This document shows positions 25,111 through 62,430 of a stretch of 64,000 nt of DNA, one piece after another (the stretch's first letter is position 1; every line of letters begins with the position of its first letter). The notes beneath the pieces are model-generated. The model did not search any database and was not told where the DNA came from. It saw only the letters and a program-made list of their open reading frames with translations. Location: the NCBI GenBank assembly GCA_002269645.1, contig NIVC01000807.1, forward strand, positions 124,001 to 188,000, given 5' to 3'. The position numbers were made by a program, and so were the translations under genes. This stretch comes from Macrostomum lignano. Lineage: Eukaryota.

Positions 25111-27801
25111 TTGAAATTAATCCTAAAGTACCGAAGTAATAAAATATTCCCTCATACCCTCATCGTGAAGAAAGCTTCAGGTCAAACAATTGCAGGCATG
25201 GTGGCTCAGACCATCTGGCCCGTCTAAAGAAATCTGCTTAATCCCACAACAATGAACGGCCGCCTTGCTCAGACGGCGATGTTGTGTCCACACTGTAAAA
25301 AATCTGCTTGTTGACTTTGCGAAAAAAAGAGAACTGAGCGGAGGCCAGCAGCATTGTTCCAGCGTACATTGTGTACAGGTGTAAGGTGGCCTGAGAGAAA
25401 GTTGATACAAAGGCAACAAGAGAAAATGACTCCAAGAGAATCCAGATTGTGTGAAGTGATTTAGATGGAGCAATATGCAAGGCCACACTGCGGTTCTCAT
25501 ACTCGCGGTGGGCCTTAATCTGCTGGAGAGCACTTTACAATTGCCAAGAAGTGAGCGCTTGCTCGTCTTGGAGAGGCGGATTAAGGAAAATCAGAATGGG
25601 AAGCAAGTGAGAGAGGAGGAGGAGGCGGTTGAGAAGGGGGCGAGGCGACAGAAATCTCCGGACAAACTGGCCTTCCACCTGGCAATTTTTCTCTCTCCTG
25701 GCCTCAATACCTCTCTGAGTTGCCGCATTCTCCATCCCAGTTTGCGGCAGGCCAGTTTGCAGCCAGGCCAGTCAGCTTGGCGGGCACGGAGGATCGATAT
25801 CCTATTAAAAGTCCGAGCTTTTCACCAGTCGAGGATGTCGGGCGGGCCTACGCCTACGCTTAGGCTGAGCCTACGGGCTTGATGGACAGTTGAACACTGA
25901 CACCCGCTTGCTTGCGGCTGCAAGGCGTTCTATCCTTCATCTATTGAGGAGAGAAGGGGATGGGAATGATTGACAAGAAATTGACAGATGAAAGCTAAAT
26001 CTTCTTCTCTCATTCTCAGCTTGTAGTGCCAAGAGCGTAAACCTAATATGAGCATGCATATTGTCACTGCAAAAGAAAGCATTGACTAGCAAAAAAGATC
26101 TAGACGTATTTAAGGGAAAACATCGTTAAGCCTTATGGCTTACCTATGACTTATCCTTATGGATATTTACCACCAAAAAAGCGAGTTTAGCTTATCATCT
26201 GCTGTCGTTTTTCTCATCGAAATTCCTTTTGGCACCTGTTTAGAATCCCACAGAATGTACTGTTTCGATTGCCGCGAGACTTACAAGCACAGTTACAAAC
26301 TGATATATGAGTGAAAGCGATACACTGACAGTTTGCGCCAAGTCACATCAGCCTTACTAGCTCGTATTTCTAGCTGTTTAATAAATTACTTGCATTCAAA
26401 ATTATGCGCGCCTTATCCTGTGTGAAAGATGGCCAGCTCATCGACGAAATGCTTCGCTCCATTTAGTTAAATACTACTCGTAGTTAACCAGCAATTTGAT
26501 GCAATTACTGTGCTGAATTAAAGGAGTTCACTCGTCGAAAGTTCACGGAGAGAAGTTTTACTCAAACAGATGATAAATAAATAAAAATTCCATTGAAAAA
26601 CTTACTTACTTGATAAGCTAGCTAACGACAATTTATTGTATAATGTACAATTAAGCTTCGATAATATACGAATTACGGAATAGTACTTTATAATTCGTTT
26701 TAGTACAAGGATGAGATCAAATAAGCGTCTATCATGAGATGCTTGAAATGTCAAGCATTGCTTGAAGCGTTCAATAGCCTTATAGCTACTTTAGCAACAA
26801 ATTACGAGACGTAAAGTTTCCACCCAAAAACCAGTAGTCAACTTTTCTCAAGATCTCATCCCCAAGTGACGCAACACCACGCCGGCGGTTCTCGTCTCAA
26901 CTGTGGGTGATGCATGCAGTTGGCGACACAAGGCCAGCTTAGACTAGTAAGGAGAGAGTGGAGAGTTATGGCTATGAGTTGGATTAAAGTTGCCACTTGT
27001 TGGCTACTGGCCACTGTTGTTGAGTGTAGCACTAACGCGTTCATGTCGTTATAGGATAAAAAACGCATATTATCATGCTTGAAGTATCGATATACCTTGA
27101 CTGAATCATTGAGCCCGACTCAAAAGCTTACGAATAGAAGTACCGGAAGTTGTTTATTTATTTATTTAATGCGGGAAAATATTAGTCAGATGCTCTTAAT
27201 CGCTGAGCTACCTTGCTCCTGAAGAAATAAGGTCGTGGACAACTGTCCAGAAATAGAGTACGCAGACACAATGCACAGGCTTCGCTTTATTCGAGTATAA
27301 ACATTATCATCAAAGTAGTGAAGAGTAGCAAAAAGTTTTGCCGAAGTAGATCTATTCAGAGTAAGAAGCCAAAAAGGGCAAGCAAGCGGCATGGCTGCAG
27401 CCCAATTAGGCATGCGGCACAGAGTCAATACTAGCTAAACCATCCTGATGCCTTCCCCTCTCGCCTTCTCCCCGGAGCTACGCGGCGCTTTCTGCACTTG
27501 AGCACGCGCGCCAACAAAAGCAGGACAGCTGCAGCCCACCGGGAAGGCGGATCGGACCACGCAGACCTGGGCTGCGCTATCATTGGCTCAGCTGAGCCTC
27601 CGCCAATCCTCCCGCCGGTTGTCCGAATTGGCGATTCCGACATCAAGCTGATGGAGTCGCGACTATTTGAAGGAAAAAGCTGCCCGAGCTAACTGCTAGA
27701 AACGCAGCTCAATCGCGCAATCAATAATTCCTTTTGCTCAAAACATTGCCCATATTTCTTTGTCGCTTTCGAAGAAGCTGTTCAAGTACAGCTGAACTAT
27801 A

Positions 27802-53503
<25,702 letters not shown>

Positions 53504-53544
53504 AGCTGAGCCATCAGACAGCTCAAGTGTAACAAATCGACTCA

Positions 53545-54885
53545 GTTGCAAAATGCATTGGCGAGATAGAAAGGTCCAGTATTTTTTAAACAGTAAATTA
53601 TTGTTTTATTGTCCGAGGTTAGCGCATTCACCTCTAGGGCTGCTAGTTAAGCAGAGTTGACCATGGTTAGTACTCAAATAATCAGGCCCCCACAGTGCCC
53701 GAACTGTCTCTAGCAAACTTACAGAAAAGTACCTTTTAAGGATTTCTCAAAATGGTATTTTTTTCTCGGTCAAAAGCCAACAAATATCCGTTTTGCGAAA
53801 TCCGATTAGAGAAGAAGCAGGACAGTTCCGTGCAAATTTAGCCCGGCAAAACTGGCATTTTCTCTCCCGCCAATGCAAGCGTAAAGCAGTGATTGAATTT
53901 GATTTCATTTTTGCTACTCATTTCCTGTCCTCATCCAATGGAGGACAAATGCAGAAGGACGCTGCACTCGCAGATTTCGCAGCGAACTGCATTGGTGAGA
54001 TGAGAAGTTTTTTAGTTTCTCAGCACTGAATTCCCAATGCCTCACCTGCTGGATTTCCGAATTGCAGATGCAGCCAGCAGGTGTTTTGTCCGGGCTGCGC
54101 TCACAAGTTCGTCGTGAAAAATTTGAAAACGTATTATTAGAGAGCGGCGGGGGCCGTAGCCCAGTGGTAGCGCAGCTGCTCTGGTGTGCCGCGACCCAGG
54201 CTCGATTCCAAGTGCAGCCACATTAATTTGGGGCTGAATTGGAATCTCGGCTTGGCTCGCTTGTGCAATTAACGGCCTTGAGAGCCAACCCCCCAAGGCG
54301 CAGTGAAGTGTACATGCCTAACAATTGATAAAGTTAGGGCCGCTGTGCACTCCTGTGTGAGTGTGTGCCTGCGTAACGTATCCGCGCGCTTGTATGCCTG
54401 CTCAGGGGAGTCGGCGGAATGGGCAGTAATGCCTCTCGCCGGTTGTGTGCCAATGACGCTTAAATTGCGCCAGGGTGCACACAACCCCCCTGCCTCTAAT
54501 AAAAAAAAAAATTAGAGAGCGGCAAAGATCAAGGACACTTGTGTTTTCTAAAGGGATTTTGCAGTTTTTCTCTGAGTGGGGTTTGGCCAAGGACCACTAG
54601 GAACACTTCGTTATATATTCTAGAAGTCCTGGGGTTTGGCCATAGACAAATCCGTCCAGACAAAACACTGCAGAGACAGGAGCAGCTGCAATTTCGCCGC
54701 AACTTTGCTTGCTTGCCGGTCTCCGGCAGCAGTTCATGAAAAAGCAGCTTGATAAACTTGTGAGCGCAGCTCGGACAAAACACCTGCTGGCTGCATTTGC
54801 AATTCGGGAGTCCAGCAGGTGAGGCATGGGGAATTCAGTGCTGAAAAACGGAAACTTCCCATCTCGCCAGTGCATTTTACTTTGG
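53545..54885. mobile_element. Copy 2 of the inverted-arm element, immediately 3' of the GPCR stop codon, carrying a SINE insertion
   Basis: Near-identical to 45424-46180; ends 53545-53570 and 54855-54880 are inverted relative to each other. Confidence 0.75.
54149..54510 (+). mobile_element. Full-length tRNA-derived SINE (family A), 362 bp, poly(A) tail, 13-bp TSD
   Basis: Head GGGGGCCGTAGCCCAGTGGTAG...GGCTCGATTCCAAGTGCAGCCA (A and B boxes), AATAAA plus A-tail, ATTAGAGAGCGGC at 54136-54148 and 54511-54523; empty site at ~45878-45890. Confidence 0.92.
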
Positions 54886-55679
54886 AAGGCAGAGATGCAT
54901 GCAGATGCGCTTGCAACCTCAATGGTTATTCAATGTCTTCATTAGAGTCACATTGCTTTCAATTATCTATGCTAATAATCGCTTTTCACTGGCTTTAATT
55001 CCAATTGTACTAGGAAGTCATGACACCCCATTTGCCTCATCTCGCCCGCCGCCTCGCACTTCCAGTTATTTGCATGCGCTTGTTTGCAAGCAGCGTGCAT
55101 ATCGTCTGTTTTCATTTTTGTGAGTTTTAGTGCACAGAATTATTTAACATTAAAATTACTTCAAATGAAAATTACGAGCTATAAATAAATAAATATGGAT
55201 GAATCTGCCTGATTCGCGAAATCTACGTAATACTTCAAAATCTTGTGAAAACGTAGTCTAGTGTCGTTAATAAAATAGTTGTTTCACTCCCAGAATACTA
55301 CTGAGCCACTCTTAATAGTAGACATTAGCGAATGTCAAAGCGTATCGCCCTTATAAGGCAGTCAAGCCCCAAATCACACTGAGTGTACACTGCCGGACAA
55401 TAAGAAAGCCAGTCGGTTTTGGTAGGCGTCGCTTAGGATCCGACTTTCCTACACTGGGAGAACAGAGGAAAATAAAATAATAAAATTCTTACAACCATTA
55501 AGCCCAATGTTTTTTGCGCCGCAGGCGATATTTCTGCACCTCGGTACCCGTTTCGGCGACCTTTTCTGAAAATTTCCCCAAGCAAGTTGACGTGGACAAA
55601 GCAATCCAGACTCCCGAATGACTTTAACATGGAAGCTTGTCCTACTTTAAAAATAATTATATGCAATTAATACTCGCAA

Positions 55680-55850
55680 CACGGCTGCGGGCACCCTGAC
55701 ACAACGTCTTCGGGGACATCAGCCCACAAGCAGCGCTGACAGCGATTCTGCCCATTCCGCCTGACTCCTGAGCACCTGCAAGCGCACCAATACTGTACAC
55801 ACGCTCACTCAGGGTGCATGTACAGTGGCCCTGACTTTCTAATCGTTCGT
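55680..55850 (-). mobile_element. SINE family A 3' fragment
   Basis: CTGACTCCTGAGCACCTGCAAGCGCACCAATACTGTACAC is shared with the other copies. Confidence 0.7.
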
Positions 55851-56653
55851 GTGGTTTCTCCTGACAACAAGAAAGTCGGGCTTGAAATGCAATCGGCAGT
55901 GTGGGAAAACAAGAGACAGCAGAGGCTGGGAGAATTACATTGAGTAAGCTGCAAGCAACTGTCTATAGATGCTCTTTCCCATGCATCGGAATGACCGCAA
56001 TATTCGCATTCACAAGAGAGGGTGCAAAAAAGTCTACACGAGAGTTGAATCTGGGTGGGTTCTCCCCCTAGGTCAGGCTCCCTGGTCCTTTTCAGCCGCC
56101 CCCAGATGTTACTAACGGGTCCGATATATTCGAAACACGATCCCCTGTTGTGCCAACAAAGCGAGGGAGGCCCTCCTATATATACAGATATACTTTTTGC
56201 GCCTCTCCTCTGGCGGCTTCAAGTCTTGCTTCCTTTCCATCTTCTTCTCCTAGAAGATAAAGCAGTAAGAGAGAAAAAACTTTCGACAGAAATATGCCAG
56301 CTTCTGCCAGCTTCTGCTCCAGCTTCTGCTGTCTACAGGGAGGGACAGTCGTGCGAAAAGAAAAACAATCAGCCCCCCTCCAGCTTCCTTCATTGATGAA
56401 GAATTGTAAAGAAGCATAGCTGCCAGCCGGGATAAACTGGATGCAGCAATGCGGAGACGCCACCAAAGGTGACAAAAAACATTTGAGGATAGAATGTCAG
56501 CCGCGTAACTTCGTAGAGGGGTAACAGACTTGCGATGTGCATTCAATCTTTGACTGAAGAACTCGAAGTCGCTCAGATTAAATAATGTACGTAGCTAGCA
56601 TTGTTGACAGATCAAACCAATAATGTCAATCTCATTTTTCACTCTGTTTCTAT

Positions 56654-56758
56654 TGTTATGGTGTTATGGTGTTATGGTGTTATGGTGTTATGGTGTTATG
56701 GTGTTATGGTGTTATGGTGTTATGGTGTTATGGTGTTATGGTGTTATGGTGTTATGGT
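56654..56758. repeat. (TGTTATGG)x13 microsatellite at the Gypsy truncation point
   Basis: Direct observation. Confidence 0.95.
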
Positions 56759-58165
56759 CGAAGGGTCGAAATGCACCAGCAGCCGGTCCGATGTCAGAAT
56801 TGACTTCACAGAGTCCAAAGCAGCTTGGCACTGACTGCTCCAGCTGAATGTCACATCGTTTCTCAGGAGTCGGTTGAGTGGCGCCAGAACAGTTGATGAG
56901 TTGGGTATGAATTTCCCATAGTAGTTAATAAGTCCAACCAAGGATCGAACCTCGGACACACTGGTAGGATTCGGTGCGTTTCTCACAGCAATTACCTTGT
57001 CAGGAGATGGGTGCAGTCCGTCATTATTGATAATATGACCCATGAATTCTACTTTTTGCAGCCGAAACTTGCACTTGTCCTTGTTGAGTCTGACACCCCT
57101 GTATTGCAGTGTATTCAACACTTTATGCAGTTTCTGATCGTGTTCCTCGAGTGACCTTCCCGATATTAGAATATCATCGATGTAAGCAACAACTTCCAGT
57201 CCACAGAGAATTTTCTCAATCGCTTCTTGGAACTGAGCAGGAGCAGAAGCCAAGCCCATTGTTAGTCGATTGTACTGATACAATCCCAAGTGTGTATTGA
57301 TGGTCGTAAATTTTCTGCTGCTTTCTTCCAACTCCAGCTGCAGAAAAGCTTGAGAAATGTCCAGCTTGGAAAAGTACTTCCCACCATTCAAAGTAGCAAA
57401 CATTTCCTCCTGTCGAGGCAGTGGATACTTGTCCACTTCCAGCTGTGGATTAATAGTCCTCTTGAAGTCCGCGCAGATCCTGATTGATTTCCCATCTTTC
57501 TTCAGCACTGGCACAATGGGAGAAGCACAATCTGATGAACTCAGCTTTGATATGATCCCTTCGTTGACAAGGTTATTGAGTTCGTCCTCAATAAGCTTCT
57601 TCATTGCAAACGGTACAGGTCTGCTCTTGTGAAACTTCGGACAGTAATCCTCACGAACAATGATCCTTGCTTTCGCGTTGTTGATGAGTCCGAGTCCAGA
57701 CGAAAACACCTCCGGGTAAGCCTCAAAGATGGATTTTGGTGAAAAGGTGCTTCCAATTTCAGCCACGTGGACAACCTTCTGCCAATCCAGCTTAAGGATA
57801 TTCAGCCAGTCCCTTCCTAGCAAATTCGATCCGTTGCCCTTAACCACCAAAACTTTCAGCTTATGCTGCAGTCCTCCAAGAGTGACTTCGACTAGAGCTT
57901 CACCGAGCGTCGGAATTGCATGGTTCGAGTAACTAAACAGTCGCGTTGACGTCTTGCTCAGCTCCAACCCAATATCCTTGTAGCAATGCTCGTTGATTAG
58001 CGTTCTGTCGGCTCCTGTATCGATGTTGAACTCAACATTTGTACCTTGCAGCTTGATCACACACCTGTATGGAGAGCTGACAGTTGAAATGTCGCAGTCG
58101 CACCAACGAACAGTTTGTATTTCGCCACTTGATCCTTCACTATCAGATTCAGAGTCTTCAGCCAT
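56744..58165 (-). CDS. Gypsy pol (aspartic protease + RT), truncated at the start of RNase H
   Basis: IDTGA protease motif, ASPIVPVLKKDG, YIDD, FMGH; ends at LVHFDP and runs into the microsatellite. Confidence 0.88.
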   Translation of the reverse strand: MAEDSESDSEGSSGEIQTVRWCDCDISTVSSPYRCVIKLQGTNVEFNIDTGADRTLINEHCYKDIGLELSKTSTRLFSYSNHAIPTLGEALVEVTLGGLQHKLKVLVVKGNGSNLLGRDWLNILKLDWQKVVHVAEIGSTFSPKSIFEAYPEVFSSGLGLINNAKARIIVREDYCPKFHKSRPVPFAMKKLIEDELNNLVNEGIISKLSSSDCASPIVPVLKKDGKSIRICADFKRTINPQLEVDKYPLPRQEEMFATLNGGKYFSKLDISQAFLQLELEESSRKFTTINTHLGLYQYNRLTMGLASAPAQFQEAIEKILCGLEVVAYIDDILISGRSLEEHDQKLHKVLNTLQYRGVRLNKDKCKFRLQKVEFMGHIINNDGLHPSPDKVIAVRNAPNPTSVSEVRSLVGLINYYGKFIPNSSTVLAPLNRLLRNDVTFSWSSQCQAALDSVKSILTSDRLLVHFDPSTITP

Positions 58166-59151
58166 TACTGCTCTTGTCTTCTTGCAGAATCCAGGTTTAT
58201 TGATCGTATATGCCTATGTCTGCTGGCACTTCCGTTTGAGGTCTTCGTTCGGCATGCGCGTTCGTGATGTCCCTGCTTGGAACACTTTGAGCAAACCTTT
58301 TCTCGAAATGGACAACTCTTGGCCCAATGGTCAGTTCCATGGCAACGATAGCATCCACTCTTGGCACTGCGTCCGGCTTTGTCAAACTTTGTACTTTGAC
58401 TAAGCTTAGGTCGGCTACCTTTGGACAAGTTGATGGTATGTACAGACGACCCAGCTATAGCAGCGACCCCTCGATCAGCAGTCTCCATAGCTGTTGCTAG
58501 AGTCAGAGCTGTATCCAGTGTGAGCTTGTCCTCTTGGAGCAGCCGCTGTTGAATTAGTTTGTTTCGAATGCCGCAGACGAGTCGATCTCTCAATGCATCA
58601 TCTAGGAACTTATCGAATTCGCAGGTTGATGCCAGCTTCCTCAGACCCACTAAGTAATCGCTTACAGTCTCACCTTCATTCTGGTTGCGATGGTAGAAGT
58701 TGTATCTCTCCACAATGAGTTTCTTCTTTGGAGCAAAGTAATCCCGCAGCGCTTTCTGAAGAGTTGCGTACGTTTCGTCCTTGGGCTTCTTAGGAGACAC
58801 CAGATCTCGAAGCAGCGCGTAGCAGTCATCACCGATTGCTGTGATCAGTGTAGCCCGCTTTTTGGCCTCGTCTTCAATCTTCTCCAGGATGAACAACTGC
58901 TCCAGTCGCTCCTCGTAGGCTTCCCATTTGTCTGGCTGGTCTGTGGAGAATTCGCTGATTTTCATCCTCGTCGCCATTGTTACGTCTTTGCACAAATCAC
59001 GTAGTCACTAAGTAAAGCAACTTAGAAGTTTAGTCAGCTCAAGGCTCTGGCTTTTACGCCGTGTGTATTTCTCGCACGTTAGCGTCTAACTTAGCGAACT
59101 GTCTCTCTTTTAATCCAGCTCAACTTCAGCTCGCAGGCTTGCCCATAGACA
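56758..59151 (-). mobile_element. 3'-truncated Ty3/Gypsy LTR retrotransposon (5' LTR, PBS, gag, PR-RT)
   Basis: Putative LTR 58978-59151 (TGT...ACA); PBS TGGCGACGAGGAT at 58964-58976, complementary to the tRNA-Ser(GCU) 3' end; gag and pol ORFs; no RNase H core, integrase or 3' LTR. Confidence 0.88.
58165..58977 (-). CDS. Gypsy gag with two CCHC zinc knuckles
   Basis: WEAYEERL, LRDRLVCGI, CYRCHGTDHWAKSC, CSKCSKQGHHERAC; ATG (MATRM) overlaps the PBS. Confidence 0.88.
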   Translation of the reverse strand: MATRMKISEFSTDQPDKWEAYEERLEQLFILEKIEDEAKKRATLITAIGDDCYALLRDLVSPKKPKDETYATLQKALRDYFAPKKKLIVERYNFYHRNQNEGETVSDYLVGLRKLASTCEFDKFLDDALRDRLVCGIRNKLIQQRLLQEDKLTLDTALTLATAMETADRGVAAIAGSSVHTINLSKGSRPKLSQSTKFDKAGRSAKSGCYRCHGTDHWAKSCPFREKVCSKCSKQGHHERACRTKTSNGSASRHRHIRSINLDSARRQEQ

Positions 59152-59944
59152 TAGTTCGTACTAAAAGGCATACATATCAATCTCATTGAAATTAAAGTGT
59201 CTCCCTGAGGTGACCGCACTAAGGGGCAAGTCATGGGACTGTTTTGAATTCCTAGACTCGATTGGAACTATACTTTAAATAATTTAAACTCAATTAAAAA
59301 ATTCAAATTAAAAAATTGATTTAGCAACTACTGACTCAACTCGTTGCTACGGTAATGTAATTTGAATTATGAGCAAGTCGAGATAGCATCTTGAGTCGGA
59401 TGCATCGGTGCAGCTTGCTGTTGGAGCACAGGGCCAGCTGGGACCCCGTAACTCTTGCCAACCTCATCCCACTCAGGCCCAGGCCGTATGAAATATGCCT
59501 CATTAATTATGAATACCTGTCATGAATTATTGCAACCCCCCGGTCCCCTGGCAGTGCTGCCGGACTGAAGCTTATTTTCAATTACTCTAACGAAAGTCGT
59601 CAAAAATATTCCCTCCCAGTCCAGTGCTGCTCCCACTGGTCAGTTCGGCCAGTTCAGGTGATTTACGATCGCACCTATACCACCCCGCCAGAGCCGGCGG
59701 CAGTTGCCGCAAGGCATAGCCACCCCCATGGGATATCTGCCCCGCCCAAGCAGCCGGTGGCCGGAGGGACCGCCATGGACGTCTCTTAGTCAAATATCTG
59801 GACGGGAGGCTAAAGATGGAAATTTGAAAAAGAAACAAACCTCGAAGGTTAATTCGCAGGAAATGCTACCGAACAAGTAACTTTTCTGTCGTTCCTCTCT
59901 CTTCACTGTGGAGCGGAGTTTACTGGCTCTGGCTCCACGGGTCA

Positions 59945-60300
59945 CCATCATAAACCCGAAAACTCACAACTCCGAAAACACTTCCCATCATAAACCCAAA
60001 ATATCATAAACCCGAAATATCATAACTCCGAAAAACAAAATAGCTACGCCCATCCTAAACCCGAAATATCATAAACCCGAAATATCATAAACCCGAAATA
60101 TCATAAACCCGAAATATCATAAACCCGAAATATCATAAACCCGAAATATCACAAACCCGAAATATCATAAACCAGAAAAATCACAACTCCGAAATTAATA
60201 GCAACGCCCATCATAAACCCGAAATACTCCGAAAACCAAAATAGTGTTGGACATTGCTAGAACTTTCGGAGTTATGATATTTCGGGTTTGTGATCACAAC
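59945..60300. repeat. 16-bp minisatellite (CATAAACCCGAAATAT) with an inverted copy at 60265-60300
   Basis: Tandem units plus TTCGGAGTTATGATATTTCGGGTTTGTGAT in the opposite orientation; likely a small non-autonomous DNA element. Confidence 0.85.
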
Positions 60301-60745
60301 TCCGGTTGTGGGATGATGTTGCCGAAGGCGTTGAGTCATGGCGCCCGCATCCTTTTCTCAAATTGAGTTTTTTATGACTCTCTACAAGCTCCATTTGTTT
60401 TCCCCAAGTTTTGCTCCGTTTCCAGTCCAGATGTTGTCTGACCAGAGGTGTCCATGACAAGCTCGCTTGCCAGCCGCATTCCGAGAAATTGTTTGTTTCG
60501 CCCCCCCCCCTGAACCTGTGAAAAAACCTGACGCAAGAAAAAACACATTGGCGTGAAGATCGTTATCCCTTGGCCTCAAGTTTGTTCCCAGGTGGCCCTG
60601 CATGGTTTGGAACTAAACAAGCCGACGTGCATCGCTAAACATCCGCTGCAAAATCAGCTCGATCTACGAGCTGCCACATGGGAGGCCTTGAACCAGCAGC
60701 TGGAGTCACCGAAGTCATTTCAATTTCTGTTAGTTTGAACCAGAC

Positions 60746-61032
60746 TCAAGGACTACTCAAGTAGAAGGATGGGAAACTACGTTTCTTAGAAAATGTTTAT
60801 GAGGCCGATGATGAAATACAATCGATATGAATATCGATAGAGCTATAAGAAAGGCACAAAATATCAAAAGATTAACATTGGATCTGCCTCCTATCGAAAG
60901 CAATAAAAATTCTTGTGCTGAAAAAGATGAAAGCTTCCTATCTCAGCGGTGTATTTTTCGTCGAAAACCAGCCTCATAAACATTTTCTTAGAAATGTAGT
61001 TTCTCGTCCTGATCTACTTGAGTAGTCCTTGA
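60746..61032. mobile_element. MITE-like element with ~60-bp TIRs
   Basis: TCAAGGACTACTCAAGTAG...AAAATGTTTATGAGGC is inverted at 60978-61032. Confidence 0.75.
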
Positions 61033-61129
61033 TCAGATTTTATAAACTTCGTTTTAAAAGCTCAATAAAATCTCTGTATCTCAATTGAAAATCGTGGGTT
61101 GTCGTGCAATTCAAACCCATGATAGCCGA

Positions 61130-61195
61130 CCTCCAATCACAGAGTGTACATGCCTTACGATTAGAAAGTCAAAGGTCCGCTGTACACCTTGAAGT
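61130..61195 (+). mobile_element. SINE family A internal fragment
   Basis: GTGTACATGCCTTACGATTAGAAAGTCAAAGGTCCGCTGTACACC matches the family body. Confidence 0.6.
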
Positions 61196-61849
61196 TGTCA
61201 ATCGAGTACCGTCAAAATCGACAATTAATATGAGATTGAAAATGCGGGCTGGCATCATTGTCTGTCAAGCTGAAGTTGTCAAGGATGCTGGGGACAGAGT
61301 GATAATAGACCTAGCATAGAATTCTACATCGTTCCTCTAAGCATTGCAAAGCCTCTTCAAGTATCCCCAGCTATGACCTCATCTCTTCCCACATGTTGGG
61401 ATAATTCTGTCTGCGTCGCAGCTCCTCTCCCACAACCCGCAGTAGTGGGGCTTGCTAATCCTATTTGCGAACACCCACCCGGACCAAAGGATTGCGTAAT
61501 CCTTGCAGAACTGCAGCCGCGGATTGACCAGCGCACCTGATGCTGGTTCTTGCAGTTTTTCAACACGCACAATCGCACAGATGCGAGCATGAAGTCATCT
61601 TTTTTAAACATAATCATCAAGAGCGTTGCCAAATGATTAAGTGTATATCCATCAGTTCGGTGCTAGTTGGTAATTTTCTAGCTTGTTAGAATTTTCTATG
61701 GATCATATGGAAACAATTTCAATAGAACATGAGTCATGGAAAACTTCACGCTTTTTGTGATTCATTCAGTCTGTCCGTTTGATGAACTGCAGTTTTGTTA
61801 TTGAGGTGCATTTGGGTTTAGGTTGTTTGGGTTTGACTGCTTTATCTAT

Positions 61850-62430
61850 GGCTAACTGCTAGCTAATTGCGTAGATGTCTAATGGGCTAATTGCCTATGA
61901 TTTGTAATGAGCTAATTGCCTATTATTTGTCTAATGAGCTAATTGCCTATGATGTCTAATCGGCTAATTGCCTATAATATGTCTAATGAGCTAATTGTCT
62001 ATGATGTCTAATCAGCTAATTGCCTATAGTTTCTAATGGACTAATTGCCTATGATGTGTCTAATGGGCTAATTACCTATGATTTGTCTAATGGGCTAATT
62101 GCCTATGATTTCTAATGGGCTAATTGATTATGATACGTCCAATGGGTAATTAGCTAATGGGCTAATTGTCTATGATCTGTCTAATGGGCTAATTGTCTAT
62201 GATCTGTCTAATGGGCTAATTGTCTATGATCTGTCTAATGGGCTAATTGTCTATGATCTGTCTAATGGGCTAATTGTCTATGATCTGTCTAATGGGCTAA
62301 TTGTCTATGATCTGTCTAATGGGCTAATTGTCTATGATCTGTCTAATGGGCTAATTGTCTATGATCTGTCTAATGGGCTAATTGTCTATGATCTGTCTAA
62401 TGGGCTAATTGTCTATGATCTGTCTAATGG
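61850..62430. repeat. 27-bp minisatellite (GCTAATTGTCTATGATCTGTCTAATGG)
   Basis: Degenerate on the left, perfect on the right. Confidence 0.95.

Noticed and set aside
25177-25882. Short ORFs upstream of the GPCR
   Set aside because: No coherent domain, splice structure or codon bias.
54149-54221. Functional tRNA gene
   Set aside because: Cloverleaf pairing is imperfect, and it is the head of a TSD-flanked, poly(A)-tailed SINE.
61357-61632. Possible Tc1 transposase fragment (RLQFCKDY..W)
   Set aside because: Similarity is too short and weak to support a call.
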